A DNA stretch of 64,000 nt from Lama glama. Its lineage: Eukaryota. The stretch lies in contig CM052816.1 in the NCBI GenBank assembly GCA_028534125.1, forward strand, positions 34,350,001-34,414,000. The letters run 5' to 3'. The stretch's first letter is position 1; each line of letters starts with the position of its first letter. Made by a program: the position numbers and the translations under genes. A model generated the notes under the pieces. The model was not told where the DNA came from, ran no database searches, and worked only from the letters and a program-made list of their open reading frames with translations. Shown piece after piece: positions 1 through 13,800 of the stretch.

Positions 1-760
1 TTCTCAGTGAAATCATTCTCAGTGGGATGGTGAAGATAGAAACTCAGTTATAGGGGGGAACAGAAGTCCAAGGAAAAGTAAGAAAGTGGGAGAAGGATAC
101 AAATCCTTGGCAAGTTTGAAAAATTACTGAAAAAGGAAATAAATTGATAGCTTGACAAAGGGGTTTTCTGCAGGATGGAGAACTGGGTCTGTTTGTGGGA
201 TGAAAAGAAATGCCAGATCAAGGAAATGTTGACAATACAGTAATACATAGTTCAACTGCCTTTACAGAAACTGTCTCTCTGCTTAGGCATAAATCACAGC
301 CCTAATGACAGATTCCACTTTCCTCACTGCAAGGCAGGTGACCAACTTCCTGACACATCTACAGAATTTGTCTATTTCTGTCAGTCCTCAGAATACCCCT
401 GCAACTACCTGTGTCAACAGACAAGTTAACAGGGGAGAAGGGAGCCTCCTGTAGAGCACACTTTACCCTGCTCCTTGCACTCCCTTCACCTCTACTTCCT
501 CTTACCCAAGAAGGCGAGTCTAACTGGATTCCATCCCTTCAGCGTTGGTTCAAAAGTTAATCCCCGCTGAAATGGTGGCTAGCTGGCTGGCAATGGCTAA
601 GGCATGATCATCTCTAATATAAATGCACACACGAACACACAGGCACGTGAGAATATGAACTTTTGGAATCCAAAGCCTCCTGGCCCCAAAGAATATAATC
701 CTCAGTGATTTCTTGGGAAGATAAAGAGTTCGGGGCTGGTGATATTTTAGGATGGGATGT

Positions 761-1136
761 TGTTTTTGTCAGCTTAGGCTGCTAAAACAAAACACCATAG
801 ACTAGGTGGCTTAAATAACAGACTTTTATGTCTCACAGTTATTAAGGTTGGGATGCCTAAGATCAAGGAGCTAGCAGATTCAGACTTTGGTGCGGGCTTG
901 CTTCCTGGCTTGCAGACAGATGCCTTCTCCCTGTGTCCTCACATCGAGAAGACAAAGTGCTCTGGTGTGTCTCCCTCTTCTTATAAGGGCATTAATCCCA
1001 CCTTGAGGACTTCACCCTCATGACCTCATCTAAACCTAGTCATCTCCCAAAGGCCCCAACACCCAACACCAACATATTGGCAACTAGGAATTTAACATAT
1101 GAGTTTGGGGGAGACACAAATATTTATTCCATAACA
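761..1136 (-). mobile_element. MaLR LTR, MLT1A-like
   Basis: Motifs GGCTGCTAAAACAAAACACCATAGACTAGGTGGCTTAAA, CTTATAAGGGCATTAATCCC, CCCTCATGACCTCATCTAAACCT and terminal CCATAACA resemble the MLT1A consensus in antisense. Confidence 0.85.
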
Positions 1137-1299
1137 GGCACTTGTATAACCTCGTCTAAATAATATTCCACACCTCTTTTGCCTGATGTACAGTCATTCT
1201 TTGTATTTACTGGGAACTCACTCTTTTTCAGAGGTAGTATTCCGACCTGTCTGAGATCTCAAAGACAAGCATGAAAGGAGTTAGTTAGCAGCCAACTTG

Positions 1300-1540
1300 A
1301 GAAGACTTTTGGAGTCAGCAACTCCTGGGTCAAATTTCTAGTTCCACCACTTATTGATCAAATAAACTGGGAAGAATCACCTAGCACTGCAGAGCCTCAG
1401 TGTCCTCACCTGTAAAATTGTATAGTAATAACACCTACATCTAAGCTCTGTTATTATGTTTACTACATGAGATGATACATGGAAATCATTAGTTCTTGTC
1501 TGGCTTGGAATTAAGTCTTCTGTAAGTGTTAGCATTCATT
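1300..1540 (+). mobile_element. MIR SINE
   Basis: MIR core GAGCCTCAGTGTCCTCACCTGTAAAAT with degenerate MIR 5' and 3' flanks. Confidence 0.75.
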
Positions 1541-2364
1541 TGCCCAACATAAACCCCACTTTTAGAAAATCAACCCATAAGCTAGTTGGCTCCACAGAAC
1601 TTAAAATTCTGTTAATGAAGAAAAATATTTTTTTCCCTACAATTCAAGAAAAACTTCTTAAAATACAAACACACTCCTGGTAAATTTAGCTGAATTCATG
1701 GTAGCATGAGTGACTGATGTAGTATTTTGAGGAGCACATTTTGATGAGGGAGGAAATACAGGCAGAGCGGGGCCTCTGCAACTATGTGGAATGAAGGTAT
1801 TGGAAGACAAGACATCAGCTGCAAAAGGTGAATTCACCTGCTTGCTGATACTACCTGGCCTCTCTGTGAATAAGGCCAACACTGAGAAGAGACTTTAACT
1901 TCTGAGCCAAGTGCAGTGGGACACAGCTCACTCGGCCACAGCTATTGAGGGGACAGAAACAGATAAATGTCCCAGAAACGTTGAATGTCCCAAACTCCAT
2001 TGACCAGGAAGATCACTCCCCTCAAAAGGACAATAGTGCCCTTTAACACTCAATCCTTCCTCTTAACACTGGCTCCAACTCAATCTTCTGCAAATCAAGC
2101 CACCATGGCAAAGTTTGTTGTAAGGAGTTTTTAAAAAATCCAGATTCTATGGCATCTACACACACACATATTTACACTTTTCCTGACTTGCAGAGCACAC
2201 AAGAGACGTCAGATTCATGTTTATAATGCAAATCATCTTTTTTCAGTATGAAAAGAAGAAATAATATTGTCTGGGGAATTTACTGATGACGTTCAATGTT
2301 AGATTGCATTTGGAGCCAAACTCTCAAATGAGGTCAAATTTTAAATAGTGCTGCCAAGTAGAAA

Positions 2365-2570
2365 GCTTGAGTTTTAGAATATGATTCCCAGTTTTATCAC
2401 TTATCAACTGTATAATGCTGTGTAAGTTCAATTATTTCAACCAATATTTGTCATCTGCCTAATATTCTACTTGATCTCTCAGAGCCTCAGTATCCCCAGC
2501 TGAAAATAGGGGTAATAATTCATACTCCTAAGTTTGTTAAGAGTTCAATTATAAAACGCATATATGACTG
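2365..2570 (+). mobile_element. MIR SINE fragment
   Basis: CTCTCAGAGCCTCAGTATCCCCAGCTGAAAATAGGGGTAATAAT resembles the MIR core. Confidence 0.65.
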
Positions 2571-3289
2571 GATAACTTTTTGAGATAGTAACTTTGGTTG
2601 TCGACCACCTCATTCTAGGGGTTTGGTAGCTGCCTGTGTAGTATCACTTAAAAGAAGCCAAGTGAGGGCCTAACCTACCCTAAAATATTTAGTCGTCCCC
2701 CAAACAAGAAGCAGACTCTATACATGCTGCCTAGGAGGAAATACATAATGTGGCCAAAAAAATTTTTTGTAAAATACTTGCCTTCATGGCTTTTGTTTTT
2801 ACAATCTTAAGTCCCAGAGTTGAAGGTAAGAGAAAGAAAGATTTGAGGGGGTGGGACACACAATGAAGGGAAAAAGATTTCCCACAGGCTAGATTCCCTT
2901 GGGATTCAGGAAAACTAGAGAGATGCTAAGGAAGTGAGGAAGGTGGACCTGGACCCACCACACACTAGGGTCATAGCAGAACAAAGCAATACATGGCTGC
3001 TTGATGGCCCTATGCAGATGGAACCCTAAGGCATCTCACAAAAGGTTTCTGAGTCCACGGTGGGTAGAGATTACTGTGTACATGTATTGGCCATGTGTAT
3101 CAAGCTGCTGGATGCCTTAGCAGCGGATAAATCAGGGACCAGACAACTTAGTTTCTGACCCCCAACATCCAGGTCTTCTAGGATCTTGTTGTGACCTCAG
3201 GTAGAAAACAACAAAAATTACTGAGTTTAAGCCTGGCAATTTGGAAACTTACAACAGAAAATAAGTTGACTTGTAGATAATAAGAAACG

Positions 3290-4115
3290 GAAAATAACCA
3301 CAATGAGAAACCAGATTTCACACCCACTAGAATGGTTATAATATAAAAGATAATGTGTCTTCGAGAATGTGGAGAAATTGGAACCTTCATATATTGCTGA
3401 TGGGGAAGTGTAAATGGTGCAGCTGCTTTGAAAAACAGTTTGGCAGTTCCTCAAAAAGTTAAAAGTAGTTACCATATGGCCCGGAAATTCCATTTCACCC
3501 AAGAGAAATGAAAACAAATGTACATGAATGTTCAAAAAGCTGTACACACATTTTTATAGCAGCATTATCCATAATAGCCAAAATGTGGAAATAATCCAAA
3601 TGTTCATCAACTAATGAATGAATTAAATGTGATATAGCCATATAATGGAATATTATTTGGCCATAAAAAGGAATGAAATACTGATTCGTGCTACAGCATG
3701 GATGAACATTATGCTAACTGAAAGAAGCCAGACACAAAAGTTCATACATTGATGTATATGCATGACTGGGACAATGCACTGTACACCAGAGACTGACACA
3801 CTGTACTTCAATTTAAAAAAATTTGAAAAACGTTTTTAAAAGTTCATATGTTGTATAATTAATTTATATCAAATGCATAAAATAGGCCAATTTCCAGAGA
3901 CAGAAATTCGAACAGCAGACTCCAGGCTCTGGGGAGAAAGAGAAATAGCGGGTGACTATTAATGGGCATGGGATTTCTTCTTGGGGTGATGAAACTCTCT
4001 GGAATTAAGCATTGGTAATGGTTGCACAACTTTGTGAATATACTAAAAACCACCAAATTGTACACTTTAAAAGGGTGAATTCTGTGGTATGTGAATTGCA
4101 TCTCAGTGAAAAAAG
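3290..4115 (+). mobile_element. LINE-1 3' end, L1MB-like (ORF2 C-terminus + 3' UTR)
   Basis: ACCACAATGAGA..TTCACACCCACTAGAATGG, GGAGAAATTGGAACCTTCATATATTGCTG and terminal TGTACACTTTAAAAGGGTGAAT..GGTATGTGAATT are typical L1MB 3' sequence. Confidence 0.9.
3752..3837 (+). mobile_element. Severely 5'-truncated younger (camelid-type) L1 3' tail nested in the L1MB element
   Basis: ATGTATATGCATGACTGGGACA..TGTACACCAGA..GACACA..TACTTCAAT plus A-rich tail, flanked by a 16-bp TSD AAAAGTTCATA(CA/TG)TTG at 3736-3751 and 3838-3853. Confidence 0.85.
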
Positions 4116-5153
4116 AAGTATGTTCTATTTGCATATTTGAGTTACAGACTCAAATTCACAACTGCCATGTATATAAAGCACTCTGACATAGACCTGGATC
4201 ATAGTAGGAATTCAACAAGTGTGAGCTATTATTAAACTAACTCAAGGCAGGATCTGATCATTACAAAACTGTCAACATGGCAATTTTCCACTAGGCACAA
4301 ACTGTTAGCCCTCTTGAGACAAATTACAATTCTCTTGGTTTCTACTCCTTAAAGCTGAAAAATTATATTTCATCTGATGTGGGCTTCTGATCTGAGGAAA
4401 CAAGGTGCTTTTCCCCACCCCCAGTGCTTTAAGAGCCAACTCAAACAGCAGTGGTAAGGAAAATTTAATCTAACTCATCCTAACTTTATACATTATCATG
4501 ACTGACACCCTTTCTGTGCTGATACCCGAAGACTGTCCTAGAAAGGAAAATATTTCCACTTCAAAGTTTCCTGATACTATCACATGGGCAGAAGAGTGGG
4601 AGGCTTGGAACAGCATTGTGTGATTTAAAGGACAGATGTTTTAAAGGGACTAAGAGCAAGAGTGGACAAATGAAAGCAATAAACTACGAGTCAGAATAGC
4701 ATGGCTGACATAGGCAGGTCATGCAGGGATTAGGGAGAAAAGAAAATGTCCTTGAAAATGCCCTTCCCAGTTCAAAAACAAGCTTCAGTTTTCCTAAATA
4801 GAGGGAAAGACTTTAAATAAAAAATGTAGCACAACTCTGAGATGAGGTAGGGGTCGTTTTCTTTTGACTGTTAAATGTACAGTCCCCTTATGGCGGGAAT
4901 AATGTTATTACCCTGGAGGGGGTTCCATTATGATGCATACTGGCTCGTACTTTAGAGCAAACGTTCTTAAGAATATGACTTATTTCTGAAAAAATAAAAA
5001 GGATTTTGTGAAAAATAGAAGTAGTCAACATTATTATGGGGCACTGACACAGCAATTTGCTTGCAAATGATTTTTAAAACTACTGCTAATAATATACCTT
5101 ATTGTATATAGTACTCTCAACAAAAAGCCACCTTGGGTAATCAAATTAATACA

Positions 5154-5188
5154 GGGCGAGGGAAAGGGAAAGGGAAAGGGAATGGGGG
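5154..5188 (+). repeat. (GGGAAA)n simple repeat / G-quadruplex motif
   Basis: Six runs of at least three G separated by 3-nt loops. Confidence 0.8.
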
Positions 5189-8069
5189 AACCTATAGCAT
5201 TACCAGCAATGACTACAATTAATCCAAGTACATAAAATAATCCAGTGAGACCACCAGATAGCCCTGGGCAATGAAACAGTCAATTAGTTATTTAGCATGT
5301 TGTGTAGTAGAGCAATGCAGTGGAGAATAGTGTGACTACGAAAAGAAAGACACAAAGGTTGAAAACTCAACAATGGATGTATGTATATCTGTGCGTTCGG
5401 CTAGGGAGTAATATTCTTTTCTTTACCTCCGATCAAATCACAGCACAGTCACTCGCAGACCTCATGTTTAGAATGACTACTCAATGTAACACAAAAATCA
5501 CTTTTGTCTAAGCTACTGCAAATGTTACCTGAATGAGGAAGTCAAGTTATTGCTATCAAAGAACACAAAAATAACACGGAAAAAATGCTGGCAATAAGTT
5601 GCAAAAAAATCATGACACACACACAGAAATACATCTGTCAGTTTAAATGCTGCCACAGATAAAGGGTGAAGCAATTAGATCCACCGTACACTTCCACTCA
5701 GTGGATGCTAGTTCCTACCATTGGGCTGGAGGCCAGATTTTATTTATCTATGGAATTGATTGAATAGGGCCCCCACCCCTGTTATATGCTTTGAGAAACC
5801 AAGAACATAAGGAAGTGTTGCAGAACAGAACAGAACACCACAATGAGCCCAATTAGCCCCTTAATCCAGTCCCTCCAGTTTTCCCACCACCACCCAGGTC
5901 ACTGAAGGAGGATAACCTTCCCTAGTGAGTCTCCTCAATTCACACAGCACCCTCCATCGAGTGCTGAAGGAGAGAACCCTCTGAGCTAGTAGTATCTATC
6001 ACACACTATCTGAAACTTACCCTTAACCTGATCCTCAGCCTCTCCTGGTTGTCTTTTAAATAGTATATAGATCCATGTTCAGCCCATTCAACCAGGAGTA
6101 GAGAACGAGATTAGGCAGTGACAGTTTTTGACGCCCTATCTCACCACTGCTTGGAGGTGTTGAAAGGGTAGGGGCTAAAGGACTTATTTGGGAACAAGTC
6201 TTATTTTAAGAAGGCACTAGACCATATCAAGGAATTCCACCGGGAAAACATAAGGTAGAGCCATTCAAACTCTGCTTGTGACACAGTCTCATAAAAGCTA
6301 TGTGGCTGATCCATCTATGGTCTTAAAACCAGACTGACTCACCCATCTATCATGTCTCTGCCAGCTCACAAGGGCCATCCTCAAACTCCTGGCAATAAAC
6401 AAGCTAATACTCAGGATTATCTCCCTCAATCCCATATCCCATACTCAATTCTAACTGCTTTTTGTTTAATAGTATTCCCAGCTCTAAATTATTGGCTCCA
6501 TAATTCCAGTTACCATCCTGCCTTTACATCCTCCAGATTTGGCATTTACCTTAGTTGGTGATCTTCCAGAGCCTGCACCATCCAACTCCCAGTGAGCCAT
6601 GAATACAGTCAACCTCTTTCATCTTGTCCTGGCTACTTCATCAGTGTTCATCTCAGTCATTGCATATTCCTTCATGAAGTCAGGAAAGATTCAGGAACTA
6701 CAAAAAAATGGAAGGAAAATTTTCTAAGAGAAAGTGAACAGTAGTGAAATGAGAGTAAACAGCAACCATGATGGTTGCTGGTTACTGGCTTTGTGAATGG
6801 TTACAGGCCATGAGTCCACACACAGTGCTGAAAGGGGATGATGGACTCAGGATAGGCAAGGAGTTCATGGTAGTGCAGACTCTAGATTCAGAATGACTAA
6901 GTGAAAGGGGAAGAAATGAAAGAACAGGAATTGCCACCAGAGATAAATGGAGGCAAATATGATTGGCATTTTGCTGGTGAAAGGGCTATGAAGCCAAGGT
7001 GATAAAAAGTTCCGTGGAGAAATAAAAACCTTTAATGCTGATGCCAGAGGGCAAAAGGGAGAGAGGAAGATCAAAAGGCTGATACTGAGGAAGAGAGGAA
7101 ACACTCCCCATGAACCCAGCACCTAGCTTCAATAATTATCAACATTTTGTCAATTTAGTAGAGATCTTTAATCCCTAGCCTCAATATGATACGAAGCTTT
7201 TGTCAGAGTTAGAGGGAAAATAATAAAAGAGGAAAACATTCAATAGCCCTAAAGTCAACTATATAATCAAGAACACACTGTTGATAGAGTTCTGTGAGTA
7301 ACAATGTTATTCTTCTAATTGATACAGCTGAGCAGTTATGAGTACACAGTGTGGCAATGTGCAGTGATAGGTCCTTAGTGATCCAGAAAAACTCAGGCTA
7401 TCATTTTACATCTTTATCTGCTCTTTCTCTTCTTCAGTGTTTGAGGAAATAGGTAAATGCTATCTGGATGACTAATTCAATTTATTTAATAGTATGTTTG
7501 TTTTTGAAGATGGCAGGTTAACTACAGTGTGTCATATCAAATAGAAAAGATATGCAAACCAGATTTTATTTTAAGTTCAATATTACTGTGATTTAGAGAG
7601 TACAATTGGCAATTCTGAAGCATGACAAAAACATTCACCAAGGATTTTAAAAATTATTTCTAAATTCCTCTGTTATTTATTCCATCTGTTCTCCGGGCTG
7701 TACATGTATATTTTTAATATGGTTCTAGTTTTGTCAATTCTTTGATAGTTTTCTCAGGGAAATATTTAATGTGTTCGATCAATATCCATTCTACTGCTAA
7801 CAACTGGCCTTTTATAGAAAAGTTTTGACTGCCATTCACTGGAGAAAGGAATCTTCTTTGTACATTCTTTAATATTAAGAGGCAAGAAATCACTATTAAG
7901 GAATTTGATCTTTATATTATATAAAACTTACTACATTTTTAAATCAAATTTGGAATACATTCCAAGTATCCTTGGAGAATATAACAGAACGTAACAGAAT
8001 AACAGAATTCCTTTCCCCAATTCAAGGAAAACTTAATTCTTAACTTTTAATTATATTGACTAATGCTTT

Positions 8070-8660
8070 TGCTTCCATTCATAACAGGCAAACTGACATC
8101 AGACCTCCCTCTCTCCATAAACAACTAGGAAACTGAGCAAAACATATGCAGTAATTATATGCAGACATAGAACAACAGATAGCCTCAGACTGTGATCCTT
8201 GAAAGAGGGGAAACAAAATGAGGTAAGCTTTGCAATGTTACTACCTTTCTTCCTAAAGGCACTTTTCAATTGGGTGAGACTTCAATGGGTAACCAAAAGC
8301 TGAGTAAAGAACAACTTTAGTTTGACAAGTCTCAGAATCTAGATCTGAGAGATATTTGAAATTTGGCCAATTAAAGAGAAGAGACCTGGTTGACCACCCA
8401 GGACATTCAGGAGAAATCCCAGGTTTGTCACTCCTTAGATGTAATCTTAAAGAAGCACTAAAATAAAAGTTTTTCTAGATACACTCTCTGAAAGCTTAGG
8501 AACAATCCTCATAATCAGGATTACCTAGAACCTCACTTGCCTGTCAAACTCTTCAAAGCAAGACAAAAAACACTATACATTAATGAACATAACATTTCCA
8601 TCATACAAACAAAACTTGATAGGTAAAGAAACAGAAAAATATGATCTTCAGTATTTTCTT
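8070..8660 (+). mobile_element. Old LINE-1 (L1M) 5'-region fragment
   Basis: AAACAACTAGGAAACTGAGCAAAACATATG..GACTGTGATCCTTGAAAGAGGGGAAACAAA resembles the 5' ends of old L1M subfamilies. Confidence 0.5.
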
Positions 8661-8685
8661 AAGATAGTAGTCCTTAAATAGTCCT

Positions 8686-9513
8686 TTTTGTCTAGTTTCA
8701 CTGAGATATAATTGATATACAGCATTGTATAAGTTTAAAGTATAACAGCATAATGATTTGACTAACATATGTCCAGAAATGAGTATCATGATATGTTTAG
8801 TGAGTATCCATCATCTCATGTAGATACATCAAAAAAAATATTTTTTCCTTGTGATGAGAACTCATGATTTAATCTCTTAACAACTTTCATACATAACATT
8901 CAAGTTTTAATTATATTTATCATGTTGTACATTACAGCCCTAGTATTTATTTTTATTATAACTGGAACTCTATAACTTTTGACTGCCTTCACCCAGTTCC
9001 GCCTCCCCTACCTGAATCCCTAAACCACAAATTTAATCTCTTTTTCTGAGTTTGCTTGTTTTTGAAGTATAATTGACCTACAACACTATGTTCCTGTTAC
9101 ACAACATGTGATTTAATATTTCTATGTATTTCAAAATGATCACCACAAGTCTATATAAGATCTATCACCATGCAAGGATTACATAGTTATTGACTATATT
9201 CCCCACACTGTGCATTTCATACCTATGCCTTATTGATTTTGAAACTGGAAGTTTGTACCTTTTATCCTCCCTCACCCATTTCTTTCCACTCCTCACTCCT
9301 TCCCCCTATGGCAACCACCTGTTTGTTTTCTGTATCTATAACTGTTTTTGTTTTGCTATGTTTGTTCATTTGTTGTTTTTTAGATTTCACATGTAATGGA
9401 AATCATATAGTATTTGTCTTTCTTAGTCTGACTTATTTCAGTTAGTATAACTCTACGTCCATCCATATTTTAACAAATGGCAAGATTTCATTCTTTTTTA
9501 TGACTGAGTAATA

Positions 9514-9555
<42 letters not shown>

Positions 9556-9986
9556 ATATATATATGTATATGTATATATATCACATCTTCTTTATCCATT
9601 CATCCACTGTTGGGCACTTATGTTGCTTCCACATCTTGGCTATTGTAAATAATGCTACAATGAACACAGTTGTGCATATATCTTTTCTAATTAGTGTTTT
9701 CATTTTCTTCAGATAAATACCTAGGAGTGGAACTTCTGGATCATATGGTAATTCTGGGTTGTTTTGGGTTTTTTGAAGATTGTCTATACTGTTTTCCATA
9801 ATGGCTGCACCAATTTATATTCCTACCAGCAGTGTACTAGGGTCCCCTGCTCTCCACATCCTCGCCAACACCTGTTACTTGTCTTTTTGATAATAACCAT
9901 TCTGACAGGAGTGAGGTGATACCTCATTGTGTTTTTAATTTTCATTTCCCTGATGCTTAGTGATATTGAGCATCTTTTCATATGTC
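8686..9986 (-). mobile_element. LINE-1 3' portion (L1MA9/laurasiatherian type), 5'-truncated
   Basis: ORF 9581-9799 (-) ELPYDPEVPLLGIY..FTIAKMWKQHKCPTVDEWIKKM is the L1 ORF2 C-terminus. 3' UTR follows, with TSD-like TAAATAGT(T)CCT at 8675-8685 and 9987-9998. Confidence 0.92.
9518..9581. repeat. (TG)n + (TA)n microsatellite within the L1 3' UTR
   Basis: Directly visible perfect TG run followed by a TA-rich run. Confidence 0.95.
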
Positions 9987-10699
9987 TAAATAGTTCCTGA
10001 AGGGAATCATTTCTGCAACATTAGGAGAGCGAGGTTTATCAAGGATGTAACAGCCAAGAAAAATAATCACTAGATAACTTGTCTCTATGCCTTCAGTCCA
10101 CAGTCAGCTTCATTCCAGGCATTAAAAAAAAATCATATCTGAGGGTAAAGACAAGGCAGATGAATTCTCATGTGCAAACAGGGAGGAGTTATTCAAACTA
10201 GAGGAGAAAATTTTGCTTAAAATACTGCAATAGATAAGGAAAGGGCTATGACATCTCTGTAGTGTACATCTGTTTGAGTGAAATATATTGTTTTTATATT
10301 GACATTTATTTTTATTATTTAATTTATTATAATGGCCAGAACTGGATTCTCTTTTCCAGCTATGGCAGGTGAGCTGAAAATGGTCCTATATTCTTCTTAA
10401 AAAAAGAAGATACCAGAAAAGGGGGAAAAGTATAGATCAAAATTTAGAGCAATAAAAATAGAATTAGCACAGGATTATAAACTATTACAAATTATAAGCC
10501 ACCACCATCCCACAGAAAGGGAACTGGAATCTATCAGAGAAGTAATACACCTAGGTCTCTGTTTTGTTCACTCGTAGCAAGAAAATATCCTGATGAATCT
10601 AAGTAGGTCTGACTTGTGGGCAATATGATTACTGTTAGTTACATGGTTACTAAGTTACTAGTATTACTAAAGTTACATGGTCTTCCTTTCCAAAATAAA

Positions 10700-13600
10700 C
10701 TCATGGGAATGCTTTATAAAATGCTTTTTTAAATTATAATCATATCATCAAGCTACAAAGAAAAGAAAATAAAGAAGAAAACAAAGATGATACAGAAAGA
10801 GAGGAAAGGATGGAAGGAGGGAGAGAATGCTTAGAACATTTTTGGCAATAAATTTGAAAACTTGAAATAATTTTATAGAAGAATATACGTTACAATACTG
10901 AGATCTAAAAAAAGTTTCTCTTAAAAATCTATGTTATCTTATAACAATTTTAAAAATTAAATTGGAAATTTCAAACATCTACCCACAAATTAGGCACCAG
11001 ATCCAGAGAGATCTAAGTTGTTATCCTCCAAAATTTTCAAAGATCATACATTTACCTTAACTTAGCAGGAGTAAAGCGGGAAGAAAAATAAAAATTCTTT
11101 TGAAAGTAATTTTAAAAAAAAAACCTAGGTTAATTACTAAAGGTGTGCTAAAATAACAAAAACAAGGGAAAATATGAACTAGTCAGATAAAAGAAGACAT
11201 TTTATTTTAAAGGTGCTACTGAAAGATTAAAGCTAATTTTCAAAAGAAATAATAAAAACCAGAAAACAAAGCTGACATACTGCCAACCTTGAATTCTATA
11301 TCTAGAAAAAGTATTCAAAGTTGAAGGCAAAATGAATACATTTTTATTACAAATGTTTTAAAAATTATTGCCAGTAGACCTGCAATTTTAAAAAGAGCTA
11401 AAAGAATTTGTCAAACATGTAAAACCACAGAAATGCAAAAAAATGCATATAAATGAGTATTAGCTTTGAAAATAATTAAAATGTTTTGTGGAAATAATTA
11501 AAATTTATCTAGATTTAAATGCACAACAAAAGTAATAAAAGAGGCAGAAAACATGAATTAGCTAAAGTGCTCTAAGGTTCTAGAATTTTTAAAAGTGGTA
11601 AAATAATATGAGCTTGTAGCAAAATGAATATGCATGCTTTAGTCTCTAGGAATCCAAAAATAACTAATAATTAAACTATATGAGAGGAAAAGAAATAATA
11701 AAATATATTTGATTAATCCAATAAGGGGAGATTAAAAAATTAAAAGAAATATAAAGCAGAGAGGTCAAATAATTTAAACCCAAAAATATATGTAATTACA
11801 TAAGTATAAGCAATTAAATACTACCATTCAAAGACTAAGATTATCATTTAAGATTTTAAAATGCAATATTTAACTCTGAGTTACTTTAAGAGACAAGTTC
11901 AAAATATAAGGACAGAGAAAGGTTGAAAGCAATAAAATGGCAAAAGATGCACCATGGAAACTTAAACACAAAGTCAGACGAAGAAAATTTTAAGGCAAGA
12001 ACATTACCAGAGATTAAAGGAGCATTTTATAATGATAGGGGAGCCAATCTACCAGAAAGATGAACTAGTTCTACATCTCTATTCATTTAACAACACAGCT
12101 TCAAAACATCTATTGATAGCTTGGCTATCAATTAAAGACTGATATTTGGAGAAAAAAATATATTAAAATAAAGGAGAAATAGTTCTATAATCCTAATAGT
12201 TGATAAGATAAGCAGTTTTTTTTTCTGACCATAATGACCAAGCTAGAAATAAATTTTAAAAGCTTGAAATAAGACACATGAAGATATTTAGCAAAGGACC
12301 CACTGTTTGAAAACTAAGCAAAACACTTGTAAATATCCATAAATCAAAAAGAAATCTATTCATTTGCAAACTAGCTGCCATATTGAGGGCAAGGAGAGAC
12401 CAAAGAAAGAGGCAGTCCACTACAGATTGGCAGGTGGCAAGTTTAATAAGCAAACAAATGTACACAGGAGACTTGTCTTGGGCAGCTGTAAGAGAGCAGA
12501 TCTTCACACCCACCATCTGAATTAAGTTTATTTGGAGGCCTTATCTGGGTTCAGTTACATATAGCATCCAGATGGTCTCAGCAACACATAACTCTCTCAA
12601 TGCTGCATCCTTGAAACTAGTTCTCACTGAGGGGAACTGTAGGCAGAATATACATCCCAAGGACAAGGAGGAGGTAAGGAGCCTCCAATTGGCCAAATCC
12701 AGCTCACAGGTCAACTGGTGGGCACATGCTCTAGATGACTTCTTTCAAAATCCAAAAGATAGCAGAAAAGATTTTAAATAATAATGAAGATATGACTTAT
12801 CAAAATTTTAAACTTGTAGGCTGTAACTAGAACAATACTCAGAGAAAAAGGTACAATTTTCAAAAGATTGCTAGAAAAGAAAAAAAAAATAAGAATATGA
12901 TCTTTCAATTCAAGAAGTTAAATAAAGCAAATCAACCCCAAAGAAAATAGAAGGGCATAGTAAAGATAAGTTCAAAATTCAATGAATTTTTAAGTTTAGA
13001 TAAAAAGAACAATTTCCTTGAAGAGAAGGAAAGAGAACTGATCAAAACTAGAAAAAGAAAAATTCTAAAGAGTTTGATATCTATTAAAATAACTGAATTC
13101 TTTATTTAAACCTTCCCCACTATGTAAAAAATACTAAGTCTAGATGAACTCCCCGGTGAATCACTTCAAATATTTAAAGAATTAATGCCAGTATCATTAC
13201 AGACCATACACTCTAAGGGGCTTAGATGTAAAAATCCAAAAGTATTAGAAAATTCCACCCAGAAACAAATAAAAAGGATAATACATCACAATCAAATGGG
13301 GTTTTAAGTTGGCAAAGGTTGTCTAACACTCAAAAATGTATCAGGAAAATTTCCCATATTAATAGCAAAAAGTATAGAGACATATAATTATGCGTAAACA
13401 GAGGCCAAAAAAGCTTTGGACAAAAAAATTCAATACCCATTTATATCTTTAAAAAATTGTAAGCAAATTAAAAAGAAAAGAGAACTTCCTTAATCTAAGT
13501 TATCTACAACAACCTAATACCATACATAATGAACACTTTCTCTGTGAAGTGGGGGATAAGCCAGGAGACTCACTAACCCTGTTTTTCTCCAACACTGACT

Positions 13601-13800
13601 GGAGGTTCCAAGCAATGTAGTGAGGCAAGACGAAATCAAAGGTTTGAAGATCAGAAATGGAGAAATAAATTGCCATTATTCACAGAAGATATGATTATAT
13701 ATGTATTAAAATTTCAATTAACTAATTAACTGAGAAATCCACCAACAATTAAGAATTCTTATTGAAGTGAATTTATAGTTTTGAAAAAATCCTCCATGAA
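10700..13800 (+). mobile_element. Highly decayed old LINE-1 (ORF1 end, ORF2 endonuclease and RT remnants)
   Basis: A-rich strand bias. TGCCAACCTTGAATTCTATATCTAG (ORF1 C-terminal region), GAAAGGTTGAAAGCAATAAAATGG (EN region), AAGGATAATACATCACAATCAAATGGG and GCCATTATTCACAGAAGATATGATT (RT region). No open frame. Confidence 0.8.
12357..12747 (-). mobile_element. Solo ERV LTR inserted into the old L1
   Basis: GC-richer block interrupting A-rich L1. Termini TA(TG-like)..CA, TSD AAATC at 12352-12356 and 12748-12752, ATTAAA on the minus strand near 12442. Confidence 0.75.
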
